Of a stretch of DNA of 64,000 nucleotides, positions 35,898-45,008 are shown one piece after another (within the stretch, counting starts at the first letter, position 1; every line of letters begins with the position of its first letter). The position numbers and the translations under genes were made by a program. Under the pieces are notes generated by a model that did not search any database, was not told where the DNA came from, and saw only the letters and a program-made list of their open reading frames with translations. The DNA is from an uncultured Terriglobales bacterium (GTDB lineage: Bacteria; Acidobacteriota; Terriglobia; Terriglobales; Acidobacteriaceae): the NCBI GenBank assembly GCA_964581225.1, contig CAZONJ010000005.1, forward strand, positions 3,394 to 67,393, in the 5' to 3' direction.

Positions 35898-36902
35898 TCA
35901 TTCAGCAGCAACAGCAACCTGACCGGATCGAGGGGCAGCCTGGATGGCCTGCACAATCTCCGCCGGAAGCCCAAAGCGCACGTTCTCCGGCATTACCTCA
36001 ACCTCCTGGACATTGGTAAACCCTTCCTTCGCCAAAAACTCTACGACCTGCTGCACCAGGATCTCAGGAGCGGAAGCCCCTGCCGTGAGCGCGACCGTCT
36101 TTACCCCGGCCAGCCACTCCGGCTTGATCGATTTACAGGTTTCGATGAGATACGAAGGCGTATTCAGATTCACCGCCACTTCCACCAGCCGGTTGGAGTT
36201 GGAGCTATTGACCGAGCCTACGACCAGCAACAGATCGGGATCGTAATCCTGCTTGATCACCACATTCTTCACTGCAACCTGCCGGTTCTCGGTGGCGTAG
36301 CAGATGTCCTGGGCATGAGGCCCTTGAATATTGGGGAACTTCCGCTTCAGCGCCTGGATAATGTCATGCGCCTCGTCCAGGCTCAAAGTAGTTTGCGTGA
36401 GATACGCGACACGATTGGGGTCCGGCACCGTCAGCGTCTCTACCTCTTGCGGACTGCCCACCACCTGGGTCACGTTGGGGGCCTCTCCTAATGTCCCGAT
36501 GATCTCGTCGTGGTCGCGATGCCCGACCAGGATCAGCGAGTATCCCTTTTTGGCAAAGTTGATCGCCTCTACGTGGACCTTGGTGACCAGCGGGCAGGTG
36601 GCATCGATCACGCGCAGCTTGCGCGACTGGCTGGCCTCGCGCACCTCGGGAGAAACTCCGTGGGCGCTGTAGATTACCCGGGCGCCGGCGGGAACTTCGT
36701 CTACGCTGTCCACAAAAATCGCGCCTTTGGCCGCCAGCTCATCCACCACATAGCGGTTATGCACGATCTCTTTGCGCACATAAATGGGCGCGCCAAAGGT
36801 TTCGAGCGCAATACGCACAATATCGATCGCGCGCACCACCCCGGCGCAGAACCCCCGGGGCTTCAGAAGGAGTAGAGTTTTAGGTTCAGTTGTCACGTTC
36901 AT
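35898..36902 (-). CDS. ispH: 4-hydroxy-3-methylbut-2-enyl diphosphate reductase (IspH/LytB)
   Basis: Three cluster cysteines in PRGFCAGV, ATCPLVTKVH and DICYATENRQ, plus the SSNSNRL motif. Confidence 0.9.
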   Translation of the reverse strand: MNVTTEPKTLLLLKPRGFCAGVVRAIDIVRIALETFGAPIYVRKEIVHNRYVVDELAAKGAIFVDSVDEVPAGARVIYSAHGVSPEVREASQSRKLRVIDATCPLVTKVHVEAINFAKKGYSLILVGHRDHDEIIGTLGEAPNVTQVVGSPQEVETLTVPDPNRVAYLTQTTLSLDEAHDIIQALKRKFPNIQGPHAQDICYATENRQVAVKNVVIKQDYDPDLLLVVGSVNSSNSNRLVEVAVNLNTPSYLIETCKSIKPEWLAGVKTVALTAGASAPEILVQQVVEFLAKEGFTNVQEVEVMPENVRFGLPAEIVQAIQAAPRSGQVAVAAE

Positions 36903-37089
36903 CTTAATAGCTTCAGTATAGCTGGAAACCTTTGATTATTCACCGTAAAGTACAGGAGAGGCACCCGGCAGGTCAACGCAAATGACAGAAAAAGCAGGAA
37001 TTAGCATTGATTGGCAGGTAGTTGCAGCGAATGGGACGAAAACTGCCTTCCTCCCCGCAAAATAGCCGTATTCAGGCGTTTTCTCCGCC

Positions 37090-38778
37090 TTAAACACTCA
37101 TTTTGAGCATCTGCTCGGCATGTTCCAGGGAGCTTTGAGTGAGAGTCGCCCCGCTTAACATCCGGGCGATCTCTTCGGCCTTCTCTTTTTGAGAAAGTCG
37201 ACGCACGAAGATTTTGCTCCTTCCCGCCAACTCTCTCTTTTCGATCCCATAGTGGTGATCGGCGAAAGAGGCAATCTGGGGCAAGTGGGTAATGCAGAGC
37301 ACCTGGTTATTGCGGGAGAGCGCCTTCAGCTTCTTCCCTACTGCCTCGGCCACGCGTCCGCCGATGCCAGTATCGATTTCGTCGAAGATCAGAGTGCGTT
37401 GCCGCGTGCCGGCCGCCCTTGCTCCCTTTCCTCCGCCTTCTTCAATGCTGGTTTTGAGCGACAGCATGATGCGCGAGAGCTCCCCGCCGGATGCAGTCTC
37501 TTCCAGCGGCTTCAGCGGCTCTCCGGCATTGGCGGCGATCAGGTAAGCCACGCGGTCGAATCCGGAAGGCGACCAGTTCGCCGGATCGTCTGTAGCGGAA
37601 ACCTCGACCTGGAATCGGGCCTTCATGACCAGATCCGCCAGTTGGGCTGCGACGGATTTTTCCAGCATCCTGGCGGCATTCTTGCGTTTTCTGGATAACT
37701 CCTGCGCGCCCCTGCGATAGGTGTTCGCCGCCTCTTCAAGCTGGTGGCGCAAGCGCTTGAGGATTGCGTCGCGATCTTCAAATTCGTCCAGCTTCTGCGC
37801 CAGCTCCGCGCCATAAGTAATGACCTCATCGACCGAGAGGCCATATTTCCGCTTGAGCCGGTCGAGCAGCTCCAGCCGGTCTTCCACCTCCGACAGGCGC
37901 TCCGGCGAGGCATCGATGTTCTGGGCGTAATCGCGCGCGCTTTCACTCACGTCCTGGAGGTTCGCTTCCGCCGAAATTAGAAGTTGCAGGGCCGCCTCAA
38001 AGTCGGGCTCAAAACGCGCCAGCTCTTCCAGATGCTTGCTCGCGGATCGAAGCGAGGCCAAAGCCGATGTGGAGGATTCATAGAGCGCGTCATAGGCGCC
38101 CATAGCGGCGGCATAGAGTTTCTCCGCATTGGCCAGCACGCGCTTTTCGTTGCCGAGCTTGATGTCTTCTCCGGCCTCCAGGCGCGCCTCGTCGATTTCT
38201 TTTTTCTGAAATTTCCATAGATCGAGCAGGCGCAAACGCTCTTGCTCGTCCCTCTCCATGGAGGATATTTTTTCCTGGATTCCGCGCCACGCAGCGTACT
38301 CCGCTGACAACGACTGGGAAGAGATTCCGGCAAAACTATCCAGCAGCTTGAGGCGCGACGCCGGATCGAAGGCCATCACCGTCTCGTTCTGCGCGTGGAT
38401 CGAAGCCAGCTCCGGGGCAAGCTGCCTTAGGACCGCGACCGTGGCCGGCTGGTTATTGATCCAGACGCGTCCTTTGCCGTTCAGGGCGATCTCCCGCTTC
38501 AGAATCAGCTCTTCCCCTTCGGACTCAATTCCGTTCGCTTCCAGGACTTTTTCCGCGCCGGCGCCTTCCGGCACGAAGACGCAGGAGACTATGGCCTTTT
38601 CGGCCCCGTGGCGGACCATGTCAGAAGAGGATTTATCGCCCAGCAGCAGGGCCAAAGCGTCAATCAGGATGGATTTGCCCGCGCCCGTCTCGCCGGTAAG
38701 CAGATTCAGCCCGGAGGCAAACTCCACCACCACATTGTCTATCAGGGCATAATTTTCGACGCGCAGCTCAAGTAACAC
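37090..38778 (-). CDS. recN: DNA repair protein RecN
   Basis: Walker A GETGAGKS, a long coiled-coil middle region, and a C-terminal SGGELSRIMLSL signature plus FDEIDTGIGG. Confidence 0.9.
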   Translation of the reverse strand: MLLELRVENYALIDNVVVEFASGLNLLTGETGAGKSILIDALALLLGDKSSSDMVRHGAEKAIVSCVFVPEGAGAEKVLEANGIESEGEELILKREIALNGKGRVWINNQPATVAVLRQLAPELASIHAQNETVMAFDPASRLKLLDSFAGISSQSLSAEYAAWRGIQEKISSMERDEQERLRLLDLWKFQKKEIDEARLEAGEDIKLGNEKRVLANAEKLYAAAMGAYDALYESSTSALASLRSASKHLEELARFEPDFEAALQLLISAEANLQDVSESARDYAQNIDASPERLSEVEDRLELLDRLKRKYGLSVDEVITYGAELAQKLDEFEDRDAILKRLRHQLEEAANTYRRGAQELSRKRKNAARMLEKSVAAQLADLVMKARFQVEVSATDDPANWSPSGFDRVAYLIAANAGEPLKPLEETASGGELSRIMLSLKTSIEEGGGKGARAAGTRQRTLIFDEIDTGIGGRVAEAVGKKLKALSRNNQVLCITHLPQIASFADHHYGIEKRELAGRSKIFVRRLSQKEKAEEIARMLSGATLTQSSLEHAEQMLKMSV

Positions 38779-38816
38779 CGGGACCGCCTGCTGGAGAGAG
38801 GTGAGCGCAGTTTAGC

Positions 38817-39599
38817 ATGAGGGCACATCTTCTTTTCATGGAGAAAATGGTTTGTTACCTTACAATCAAGATGATGACACCTTTGGCATTTTTAGGAACC
38901 TACGCCGTGGGCGAAATTGGAAACCTCATCGCCCAAACTGGACCGGTGGCAAAAACTGTTTTGATCATCCTGTTGATTTTCAGCCTCTTCTCCTGGTCCA
39001 TAATCTTTTCCAAGTGGTCGAGCATGCGGCGGGCGCGGACGCAGAGCGGTCGCTTCCTGCGCGCCTTTCGCAAGGCCATGCGCCTGCAGGACGTCTCCGC
39101 AGTCTCCGAGCAGTTCAAGCCCAGCCCGCTGGCGACGGTCTTTGAGCATGGTTATGAGGAATACCGCCGCCAGACGAGCGGCGCAGGCGTCCCGCGCAAC
39201 CTGATGGCAATCCAGCGCGCCACCCAGATCGCCTCGTCGGAAGAGCTTACCCGCATGGAGCAGCGGCTGCCATGGCTGGCGACCACCGGCGCCGTCACCC
39301 CGTTTGTCGGCCTCTTTGGAACGGTATGGGGCATCATCGACGCCTTCCAGGGACTCGGCAATGCGGGAGCGGCCACCCTGCGCGCGGTCGCGCCCGGAAT
39401 CTCTGAGGCGCTGATTACCACCGCAGCCGGCCTCTTTGTCGCTATCCCGGCGGTGATTGCCTATAACCAGTTCTCGCACCAACTGCGTGAATTTGGCGCG
39501 CGCATGGACGATTTCAGCCTTGAGTTCCTAAATGTAGTTGAAAACAGCAGCGCAGCCGCTCCGGTTACAGGCCGCGCCACCCAGCGCGTTCTCGACTGA
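38817..39599 (+). CDS. tolQ: Tol-Pal system protein TolQ (MotA/TolQ/ExbB proton channel)
   Basis: Three TM helices and the ATTGAVTPFVGLFGTVWGI motif; first gene of the tol cluster. The true start is probably near MMTPLAF (about 38871). Confidence 0.85.
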   Translation: MRAHLLFMEKMVCYLTIKMMTPLAFLGTYAVGEIGNLIAQTGPVAKTVLIILLIFSLFSWSIIFSKWSSMRRARTQSGRFLRAFRKAMRLQDVSAVSEQFKPSPLATVFEHGYEEYRRQTSGAGVPRNLMAIQRATQIASSEELTRMEQRLPWLATTGAVTPFVGLFGTVWGIIDAFQGLGNAGAATLRAVAPGISEALITTAAGLFVAIPAVIAYNQFSHQLREFGARMDDFSLEFLNVVENSSAAAPVTGRATQRVLD

Positions 39600-39608
39600 G
39601 GAGAGATT

Positions 39609-40037
39609 ATGGCTTTTACCACCTCTCAGGGACGAACCCAGAGCTCACTATCCGATATCAACGTCACTCCATTGGTGGACGTGGTGCTGGTGTTGCTCAT
39701 CATTTTTATGCTGACCGCGCCGGTACTTCAATCCGGGATTGAAGTTTCGGTGCCTAAGACCAAGACGGTAAAGGAGATCACCGAACCGCGCCTGGTGCTC
39801 TCGATCGACCGGGAACAGCGCGTTTTTCTGGGCAGTGATGCGATCAATGTGAATGAAATTCCCACCACTCTGCGAGGAAAGGTCCACGACCCCACCAAGC
39901 AGGCTATTTATCTGCGGGCTGACGAGAATGTGCCCTTTGGGGTCTTCGCCGCCGTGATGGACGCGGTGAAACAAGCGGGAATCACCAATGTAAGTATCGT
40001 GACGGAGCCCTGGCAGGAGAAGAATGCCGTACGCTGA
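39609..40037 (+). CDS. tolR: Tol-Pal system protein TolR (ExbD/TolR)
   Basis: INVTPLVDVVLVLLIIFM TM motif, 142 aa. Confidence 0.85.
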   Translation: MAFTTSQGRTQSSLSDINVTPLVDVVLVLLIIFMLTAPVLQSGIEVSVPKTKTVKEITEPRLVLSIDREQRVFLGSDAINVNEIPTTLRGKVHDPTKQAIYLRADENVPFGVFAAVMDAVKQAGITNVSIVTEPWQEKNAVR

Positions 40038-40809
40038 TGTATTCGAAGTCCGCGAACCGTGGGGCCGCCCGCTCACTGTGTCCGCCGTACTGCATATTGT
40101 GTTGTTTGGCGGAATCATCGCCTACACCGCCTACCTCGGACGCAGCGGAGAAAATTGGGGAGGATCGACCACCGGGCAAGGGACCATCAGCGCGAATCTG
40201 GTAAGCAGCGCCGCAATTCCCCTGCCTCACCCGGAGGTCCCGGCGAAGAGCATTGTCGCCAACGAGTCTCCCGGCCTCTCCCAGTCGCAACCTAAAGTAG
40301 AGCCGCAGCCTGAAGAGAAAAGTATCCCCATCCCGCTGGAGCATAAGACCAAGCCCATCCCGGCGCAGAAGCCGCGAGTCTCCACCGAGAGCAAGCCTAA
40401 GCCGGTCGAGCAGGCCAGCAATGTGGTTCCCTTTGGCCAAGGCGGCCAGTTGCAGCAGCATTTTGCCATCTTTCACAATTCCAGCGGAACCATGGGCATC
40501 AGCATGGGCTCCGGCGGCGATTTTGGAAGCCGGTACTCGTGGTATGTGGAGGCAGTCCGGCGCAAGGTCTCCGACAATTGGCTGCGGTACGAAATCGATC
40601 CCCACATCCCCAGCGGAGAGCGGGTCTACCTGGTCTTTGACATCCTGCGCAGCGGACAGCCAGTAAACGCGCAGGTTGAAAAATCGAGCGGAATTCCCTC
40701 GCTGGACCAATCGGCCGTGCGCGCGCTTCAGCGTATCGATACCTTTGGGCCATTGCCCAACGATTACGCCGGAAGCCGGGTCGCTGTGGAATTTTATTTC
40801 GAGAAATAG
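40024..40809 (+). CDS. TolA-position protein with a TonB-type C-terminal domain
   Basis: N-terminal TM helix, a Pro/Lys/Glu-rich spacer (PKVEPQPEEKSIPIPLEHKTKPIPAQKP) and a TonB_C-like end. It overlaps tolR by 14 nt. Confidence 0.7.
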   Translation: MPYADVFEVREPWGRPLTVSAVLHIVLFGGIIAYTAYLGRSGENWGGSTTGQGTISANLVSSAAIPLPHPEVPAKSIVANESPGLSQSQPKVEPQPEEKSIPIPLEHKTKPIPAQKPRVSTESKPKPVEQASNVVPFGQGGQLQQHFAIFHNSSGTMGISMGSGGDFGSRYSWYVEAVRRKVSDNWLRYEIDPHIPSGERVYLVFDILRSGQPVNAQVEKSSGIPSLDQSAVRALQRIDTFGPLPNDYAGSRVAVEFYFEK

Positions 40810-40853
40810 CTGTAGATTTTTTATGTAATCCAATACTCGGAAAGGCCGTTGTA

Positions 40854-42212
40854 ATGAAAACAGATTTTCTCAAGCCGGACGCTCGATTCATCACCGCTTT
40901 CATAGTTTTGCTTTTAGCGAGCCTCAGCGCATGGGGACAGCAATCCATCGACCAGATTCGTACCGGCACCAACCTGGGCGTGGATAAAGTACGCATCGCG
41001 GTGCCCGACTTCAAAGCCGCATCCGCCATCGCTAATCCCGATCTGCTTACCACCTTCAACACCACGCTTTTTTCCGACCTGCAGAACGCCGGCATCTTCG
41101 ATGTGGTCTCTAAAAGCTTCTATCCTTTGCAACAGCCGGGGACGCCGCAGGAGATCAAGCTGGACTCATGGGGCAATCCTCCGGCAAACGCCGCCATGGT
41201 GGCCTTCGGGAATATGGGCGTCAGCGGCGAGGAGATGAACGTCTCCGGTTGGCTCTTTGACGCAAAAAACAGCGCCGCGCCGCAGGTATTGGGAAAGCAG
41301 TATCGCGAATCGGCCAACGTGGACAACGCGCGTCTGATCGCCCACAAATTTGCCGACGAGATTATCTTCCGCTTGGGTGGAGGCATTCCCGGTATCGCCG
41401 AGAGCAAAATATATTTTGTAAAGTCGATACGCCCCGGACACAAAGAGATCTGGCAAATGGACTATGACGGGGCTGGACAGAAGGCCGTAACCCATTCCGG
41501 CTCCATCGCTCTTTCTCCGCGAGTTTCACCGGACAATTCCCGCATGGCTTTTGTGGAGCTTGGACATGAGGGCGCCCAGATCAAGATGTATTCGTTCGAC
41601 CTTGGGCGCCTGGTCAGTTTTCCCCGCTTTGGCGGCACCACAATTTCTCCCGCATGGTCGGCGGATGGCAGCAGGCTGGCCTTCTCCTCTTCCCGCACCG
41701 GCGACCCTGAAATCTATACCACCAATGCCGAAGGCGGCGACCTGCATCGCGTTACCGAATCCCGCGGTCCCGATGTCTCGCCCGCCTGGAACCCAAAAAC
41801 CAACGCGCAGATTGCATGGGTGAGCGGTCGCACCGGCCTGCCCCAGATTTACACCATGGAATCCGATGGGACCAACGTGCAGCGCATGACGGATACCGGC
41901 TATGCCGTCTCTCCCTCATGGTCTCCCAACGGGCAGTTCCTGGTCTTCGCATGGACCCGCAGCTATGGCCCCGGCGTCCCGGGCAATCAGGACATTTACA
42001 TCATGGACATTGCCAGCAAGCAATGGACGCAGTTGACGCATGAGTCCGGAAGCAATGATTTCCCCTCCTGGTCTCCGGATGGGCGTCACATCGTCTTTCA
42101 ATCCACGCGTACCGGCACATCGCAGATATGGACGATGCTGGCGGACGGCACCCAGCAACGGCAGCTGACCGTCTCCGGGAAAAATGAAGAGCCCGACTGG
42201 AGTTTCAAATGA
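40854..42212 (+). CDS. tolB: Tol-Pal system beta-propeller protein TolB
   Basis: Signal peptide, an N-terminal TolB domain and repeated ...SPxWSPDG... propeller blades. Confidence 0.85.
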   Translation: MKTDFLKPDARFITAFIVLLLASLSAWGQQSIDQIRTGTNLGVDKVRIAVPDFKAASAIANPDLLTTFNTTLFSDLQNAGIFDVVSKSFYPLQQPGTPQEIKLDSWGNPPANAAMVAFGNMGVSGEEMNVSGWLFDAKNSAAPQVLGKQYRESANVDNARLIAHKFADEIIFRLGGGIPGIAESKIYFVKSIRPGHKEIWQMDYDGAGQKAVTHSGSIALSPRVSPDNSRMAFVELGHEGAQIKMYSFDLGRLVSFPRFGGTTISPAWSADGSRLAFSSSRTGDPEIYTTNAEGGDLHRVTESRGPDVSPAWNPKTNAQIAWVSGRTGLPQIYTMESDGTNVQRMTDTGYAVSPSWSPNGQFLVFAWTRSYGPGVPGNQDIYIMDIASKQWTQLTHESGSNDFPSWSPDGRHIVFQSTRTGTSQIWTMLADGTQQRQLTVSGKNEEPDWSFK

Positions 42213-42299
42213 AACTTTCTAGTAACGCTCATTTTCTGTTTGTGAGTACCGGAACGCGCTTCCTGTTATAAACTTCACTTTTATTTTTCTTTTTCCGCA

Positions 42300-42315
42300 T
42301 TGTGATTTGTCACAA
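42300..42315. promoter_or_regulatory. Perfect 6-4-6 palindrome TTGTGA-TTTG-TCACAA, 20 nt upstream of the pal start
   Basis: Read directly from the sequence. An extra TTGTGA half-site lies at 42240-42245. The half-sites are Crp-like but the spacing is non-canonical. Confidence 0.3.
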
Positions 42316-42335
42316 ATATTATTGGAGGAACAGAG

Positions 42336-43079
42336 GTGAATAGCAGATTTGTTGAATCAGTTCGAATTGCGGCGTTGACGACCATTCTTCTCATTGCCGG
42401 TTGTCATAAAAATTCAAAGCCGACCGCGCCGCCACCGCCCCCACCGCCAGCTCCGTCGGCGCCTACCGCGACCCTTTCGGCAAATCCCGCCACCGTGAAT
42501 GCCGGGCAAGCGACGCAGCTTACATGGAATACCGAGAATGCGACGGATGTGTCCATTGACGGCATCGGAAAGGTCGATCTCAACGGTTCACAGAGCGTGA
42601 CTCCGACTGCGTCCACCACCTATCATCTCGTGGCCAAGGGCCCGGGCGGCCAGCAGGAAGCCACCACCCGCGTAACCGTGAATACTCCTCCACCGGTCGA
42701 GGCTGGCACTCCTGCGCCTACCATGACCGACCAGCAGCTCTTCGAGCAAAACGTTAAGGACGTCTTCTACGACTACGATAGCTATCAGCTGCGCCCCAAC
42801 AATCAGCAGCAACTGGCGGCAGCGGCGCAGGTAATCAATCAGCACCCGAACTGGAAGGTGCGGATCGAGGGCTACTGCGACGAGCGTGGCTCAACCGAAT
42901 ACAATATGGCTCTGGGAGAAAGTCGCGCCCAGACCGCGAAGCAGGCGCTGGTTTCGGCAGGCGTAGACGGCTCGCGCATCTCCACCATCAGCTACGGCAA
43001 GGAGAAGCCCTTCTGCACCCAGTCCACCGAAGAGTGCATGCAACAGAACCGCCGGGCGCATTTCATGCTGGCCCAGTAA
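42336..43079 (+). CDS. pal: Peptidoglycan-associated lipoprotein Pal (OmpA family) with an extra N-terminal Ig-like domain
   Basis: GTG start after GGAGG and lipobox LIAGC. It has a Pro-rich linker, an about 75-aa beta-rich insert, then an OmpA_C domain (NWKVRIEGYCDERGSTEYNMALGESRA). Confidence 0.85.
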   Translation: MNSRFVESVRIAALTTILLIAGCHKNSKPTAPPPPPPPAPSAPTATLSANPATVNAGQATQLTWNTENATDVSIDGIGKVDLNGSQSVTPTASTTYHLVAKGPGGQQEATTRVTVNTPPPVEAGTPAPTMTDQQLFEQNVKDVFYDYDSYQLRPNNQQQLAAAAQVINQHPNWKVRIEGYCDERGSTEYNMALGESRAQTAKQALVSAGVDGSRISTISYGKEKPFCTQSTEECMQQNRRAHFMLAQ

Positions 43080-43115
43080 CCAAGGTTGTTTCCAGTGCAT
43101 ATTGCATTTCAACCG

Positions 43116-43154
43116 GGGACCTGCTTTCATCCACAGCAGGTCCCTTGTTTTGTT
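43116..43154 (+). terminator. Strong rho-independent terminator after pal
   Basis: GGGACCTGCT-ttcatccac-AGCAGGTCCC (perfect 10-bp stem) followed by TTGTTTTGTT. Confidence 0.85.
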
Positions 43155-43244
43155 AGGATTAACTTGAGAGAAAGAGTTCCCCGCGCGGCGCCTTCTGAAA
43201 ATCCGCTTTTACGTGGGACAGCAACTCTGCATCGAATAAATATT

Positions 43245-44132
43245 ATGAAGACACTACGTTTTTCTGTTCCCTTGCTGGCCGGCTTAATGCTCATCACAGC
43301 AGGTCCAGCCCGTGCCGCCAATAAAGATATGGTCCAGCTGCAAACCCAGGTGCAGGCGCTCCAGGACGAGATGGCGCGCATGCAGCAGTCGTTTGACGAG
43401 CGTATGGGCGTGATGAAGAACCTCATCGACCAGACGACCGACAACATCAATCGCATGAACCAGAGTCTTGATGGGGTCACCAAGACCTTGCAGCAGCAGA
43501 CCACCGATCAGGGATCGAAGGTCGACCAGGTCTCCGGCCAGATCCAATCGCTGCACGATTCGGTGGACGAGCTGAAAGCGCGTCTGGCGAAGGTCGGCAA
43601 GCAACTCGACGATATCCAGGCGGCGCAACAGAACCTCCAGTCACAACCTGCGACTGGCGCTCCTGCCGGTGCCGTGCAGCAACCCGGCGCGCAGCCACCA
43701 CAAGCCCAGGCGCCGCCCGCCGATGTGCTCTACAATAATGCGCTGCGCGATTACAACGCCGCCAAGTACGACTTGGCCGTCCAGGAATTCTCGGATTATT
43801 TGAAGTTCTATAACAATACCGACCTGGCGGGAAACGCCCAATACTATCTGGCGGACATTGAATATCGTCAGGGGCAGTATCCCAAGGCAATTCAGGATTA
43901 CGATAAGGTCCTGGAGGAGTATCCCGGCGGAAACAAGGCCGCCGCAGCCCAACTCAAGAAGGGGTATGCATTGCTGAACGTTGGCCAGCGCGATGCCGGC
44001 ACCCGCGAACTAAGATCTCTAATCGCCCGCTATCCGCGCTCCCTGGAAGCGCAACAGGCGAAAGACCGCTTGCGTCAGTTGGGGGCCGCTCCCACGGCCT
44101 CCAAACCCAGTCCTGGCCGGCGCCGGCAATAA
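43245..44132 (+). CDS. cpoB: Tol-Pal system protein CpoB/YbgF (coiled coil plus TPR)
   Basis: Signal peptide MKTLRFSVPLLAGLMLITAGPARA, an N-terminal coiled coil (LQTQVQALQDEMARMQQ) and a C-terminal TPR region (YYLADIEYRQGQYPKAIQDY). The start was moved from 43086 because the terminator lies inside that extension. Confidence 0.8.
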   Translation: MKTLRFSVPLLAGLMLITAGPARAANKDMVQLQTQVQALQDEMARMQQSFDERMGVMKNLIDQTTDNINRMNQSLDGVTKTLQQQTTDQGSKVDQVSGQIQSLHDSVDELKARLAKVGKQLDDIQAAQQNLQSQPATGAPAGAVQQPGAQPPQAQAPPADVLYNNALRDYNAAKYDLAVQEFSDYLKFYNNTDLAGNAQYYLADIEYRQGQYPKAIQDYDKVLEEYPGGNKAAAAQLKKGYALLNVGQRDAGTRELRSLIARYPRSLEAQQAKDRLRQLGAAPTASKPSPGRRRQ

Positions 44133-44207
44133 GTTAGCTCCCGATCGAACCATCTACACGTCTTCGTCTTACGCCCGCCCCGATTGCTTATAAAATCATT
44201 GCAAATC

Positions 44208-45008
44208 TCAGCACTTGGGAAGAGAGAAACGCAGCTCTCGTTGCGCTCCGCTTACTATTAACTCCAGTGTGCCTCCGGCAGCCTCGGCAATACGCTGGCT
44301 TATAGCGACGGAAAGGGCACGCCCATCCATCGTTGAGCCGCGTGTGGCAAATGGATGAAAAAACTTTTCCGGCACTCGCGCCTGCGGCCCGCTCCGATAC
44401 ACACAGGAGAGGCAGATATGCTCTGGGCCTTCTGCAATATTTAAAGAAACACGCTCACCTGCCGCGCAATCTGTACTCGCTTCAATGAATAAATTGATGA
44501 GCGCGCGTTGCAGACGCCCTGGATGGATGCGCGTCAAGGGCCCAGCCGGCGCAGGAGACTTTTTCCAGATGAAATTGGCGGTGTGGGGTCCGATCTGGCT
44601 CAGGGCGTTGCTCGCGCTCTCTCCAAATTCAACAGATTCCTGGATATCTCCGGGATCGAGCGCCTCGCTCAAATCGCGCACCGCATTGACCAGGTCGATC
44701 AAATTCTCCGTCAACCCCCTTGCCTGGCCCACTGCTTCCCTCAGCTTGGCTTCACTGCCTTGGGAGGCAAACTCAAGGCAAAACCGCAACGAGGTGGCAG
44801 GTTGACTGAGTTTGTGATTGATCTCTCGGAGGAACTCGACCTGCTCTTTGCGAAAGGAAGCGAGCTTCCCCGCCTGTAGACCGTTCACCGGCTTCGGCGG
44901 CGTGCCATTCGGCCTGTCATGCCGCCCTGGCTGTTCCAGATTTTCGGGAGCGGCGGCGCAAGAAGATTTTCCCGAGACTTCTTTATGCATTTGCAGCGGC
45001 CCGCGCAA
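44208..45008 (-). CDS. Soluble histidine-kinase-like protein with no TM or sensor domain
   Basis: H-box INHKLSQPATSL, N-box-like RALINLFIEAS and a C-terminal GGTLELIV. I could not see a canonical DxGxG G1 box. Confidence 0.6.
   Translation of the reverse strand: MRGPLQMHKEVSGKSSCAAAPENLEQPGRHDRPNGTPPKPVNGLQAGKLASFRKEQVEFLREINHKLSQPATSLRFCLEFASQGSEAKLREAVGQARGLTENLIDLVNAVRDLSEALDPGDIQESVEFGESASNALSQIGPHTANFIWKKSPAPAGPLTRIHPGRLQRALINLFIEASTDCAAGERVSLNIAEGPEHICLSCVYRSGPQARVPEKFFHPFATRGSTMDGRALSVAISQRIAEAAGGTLELIVSGAQRELRFSLPKC

Noticed and set aside
35897-35974. N-terminal extension of shc (MGFRRRLCRPSRL...) overlapping the ispH 3' end
   Set aside because: The extension is Arg/Leu/Pro-rich and overlaps ispH by 77 nt. 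The ATG at 35896 gives a 1-nt gap and a normal Shc N-terminus.
38779-38870. SOS (LexA) box upstream of recN
   Set aside because: No GTTC-N7-GTTC motif, or any other direct or inverted repeat of that type, is visible in the short recN-tolQ spacer.
43086-43244. Upstream extension of the cpoB ORF
   Set aside because: The extension contains the strong pal terminator hairpin (43116-43154). The signal peptide begins at the ATG at 43245.
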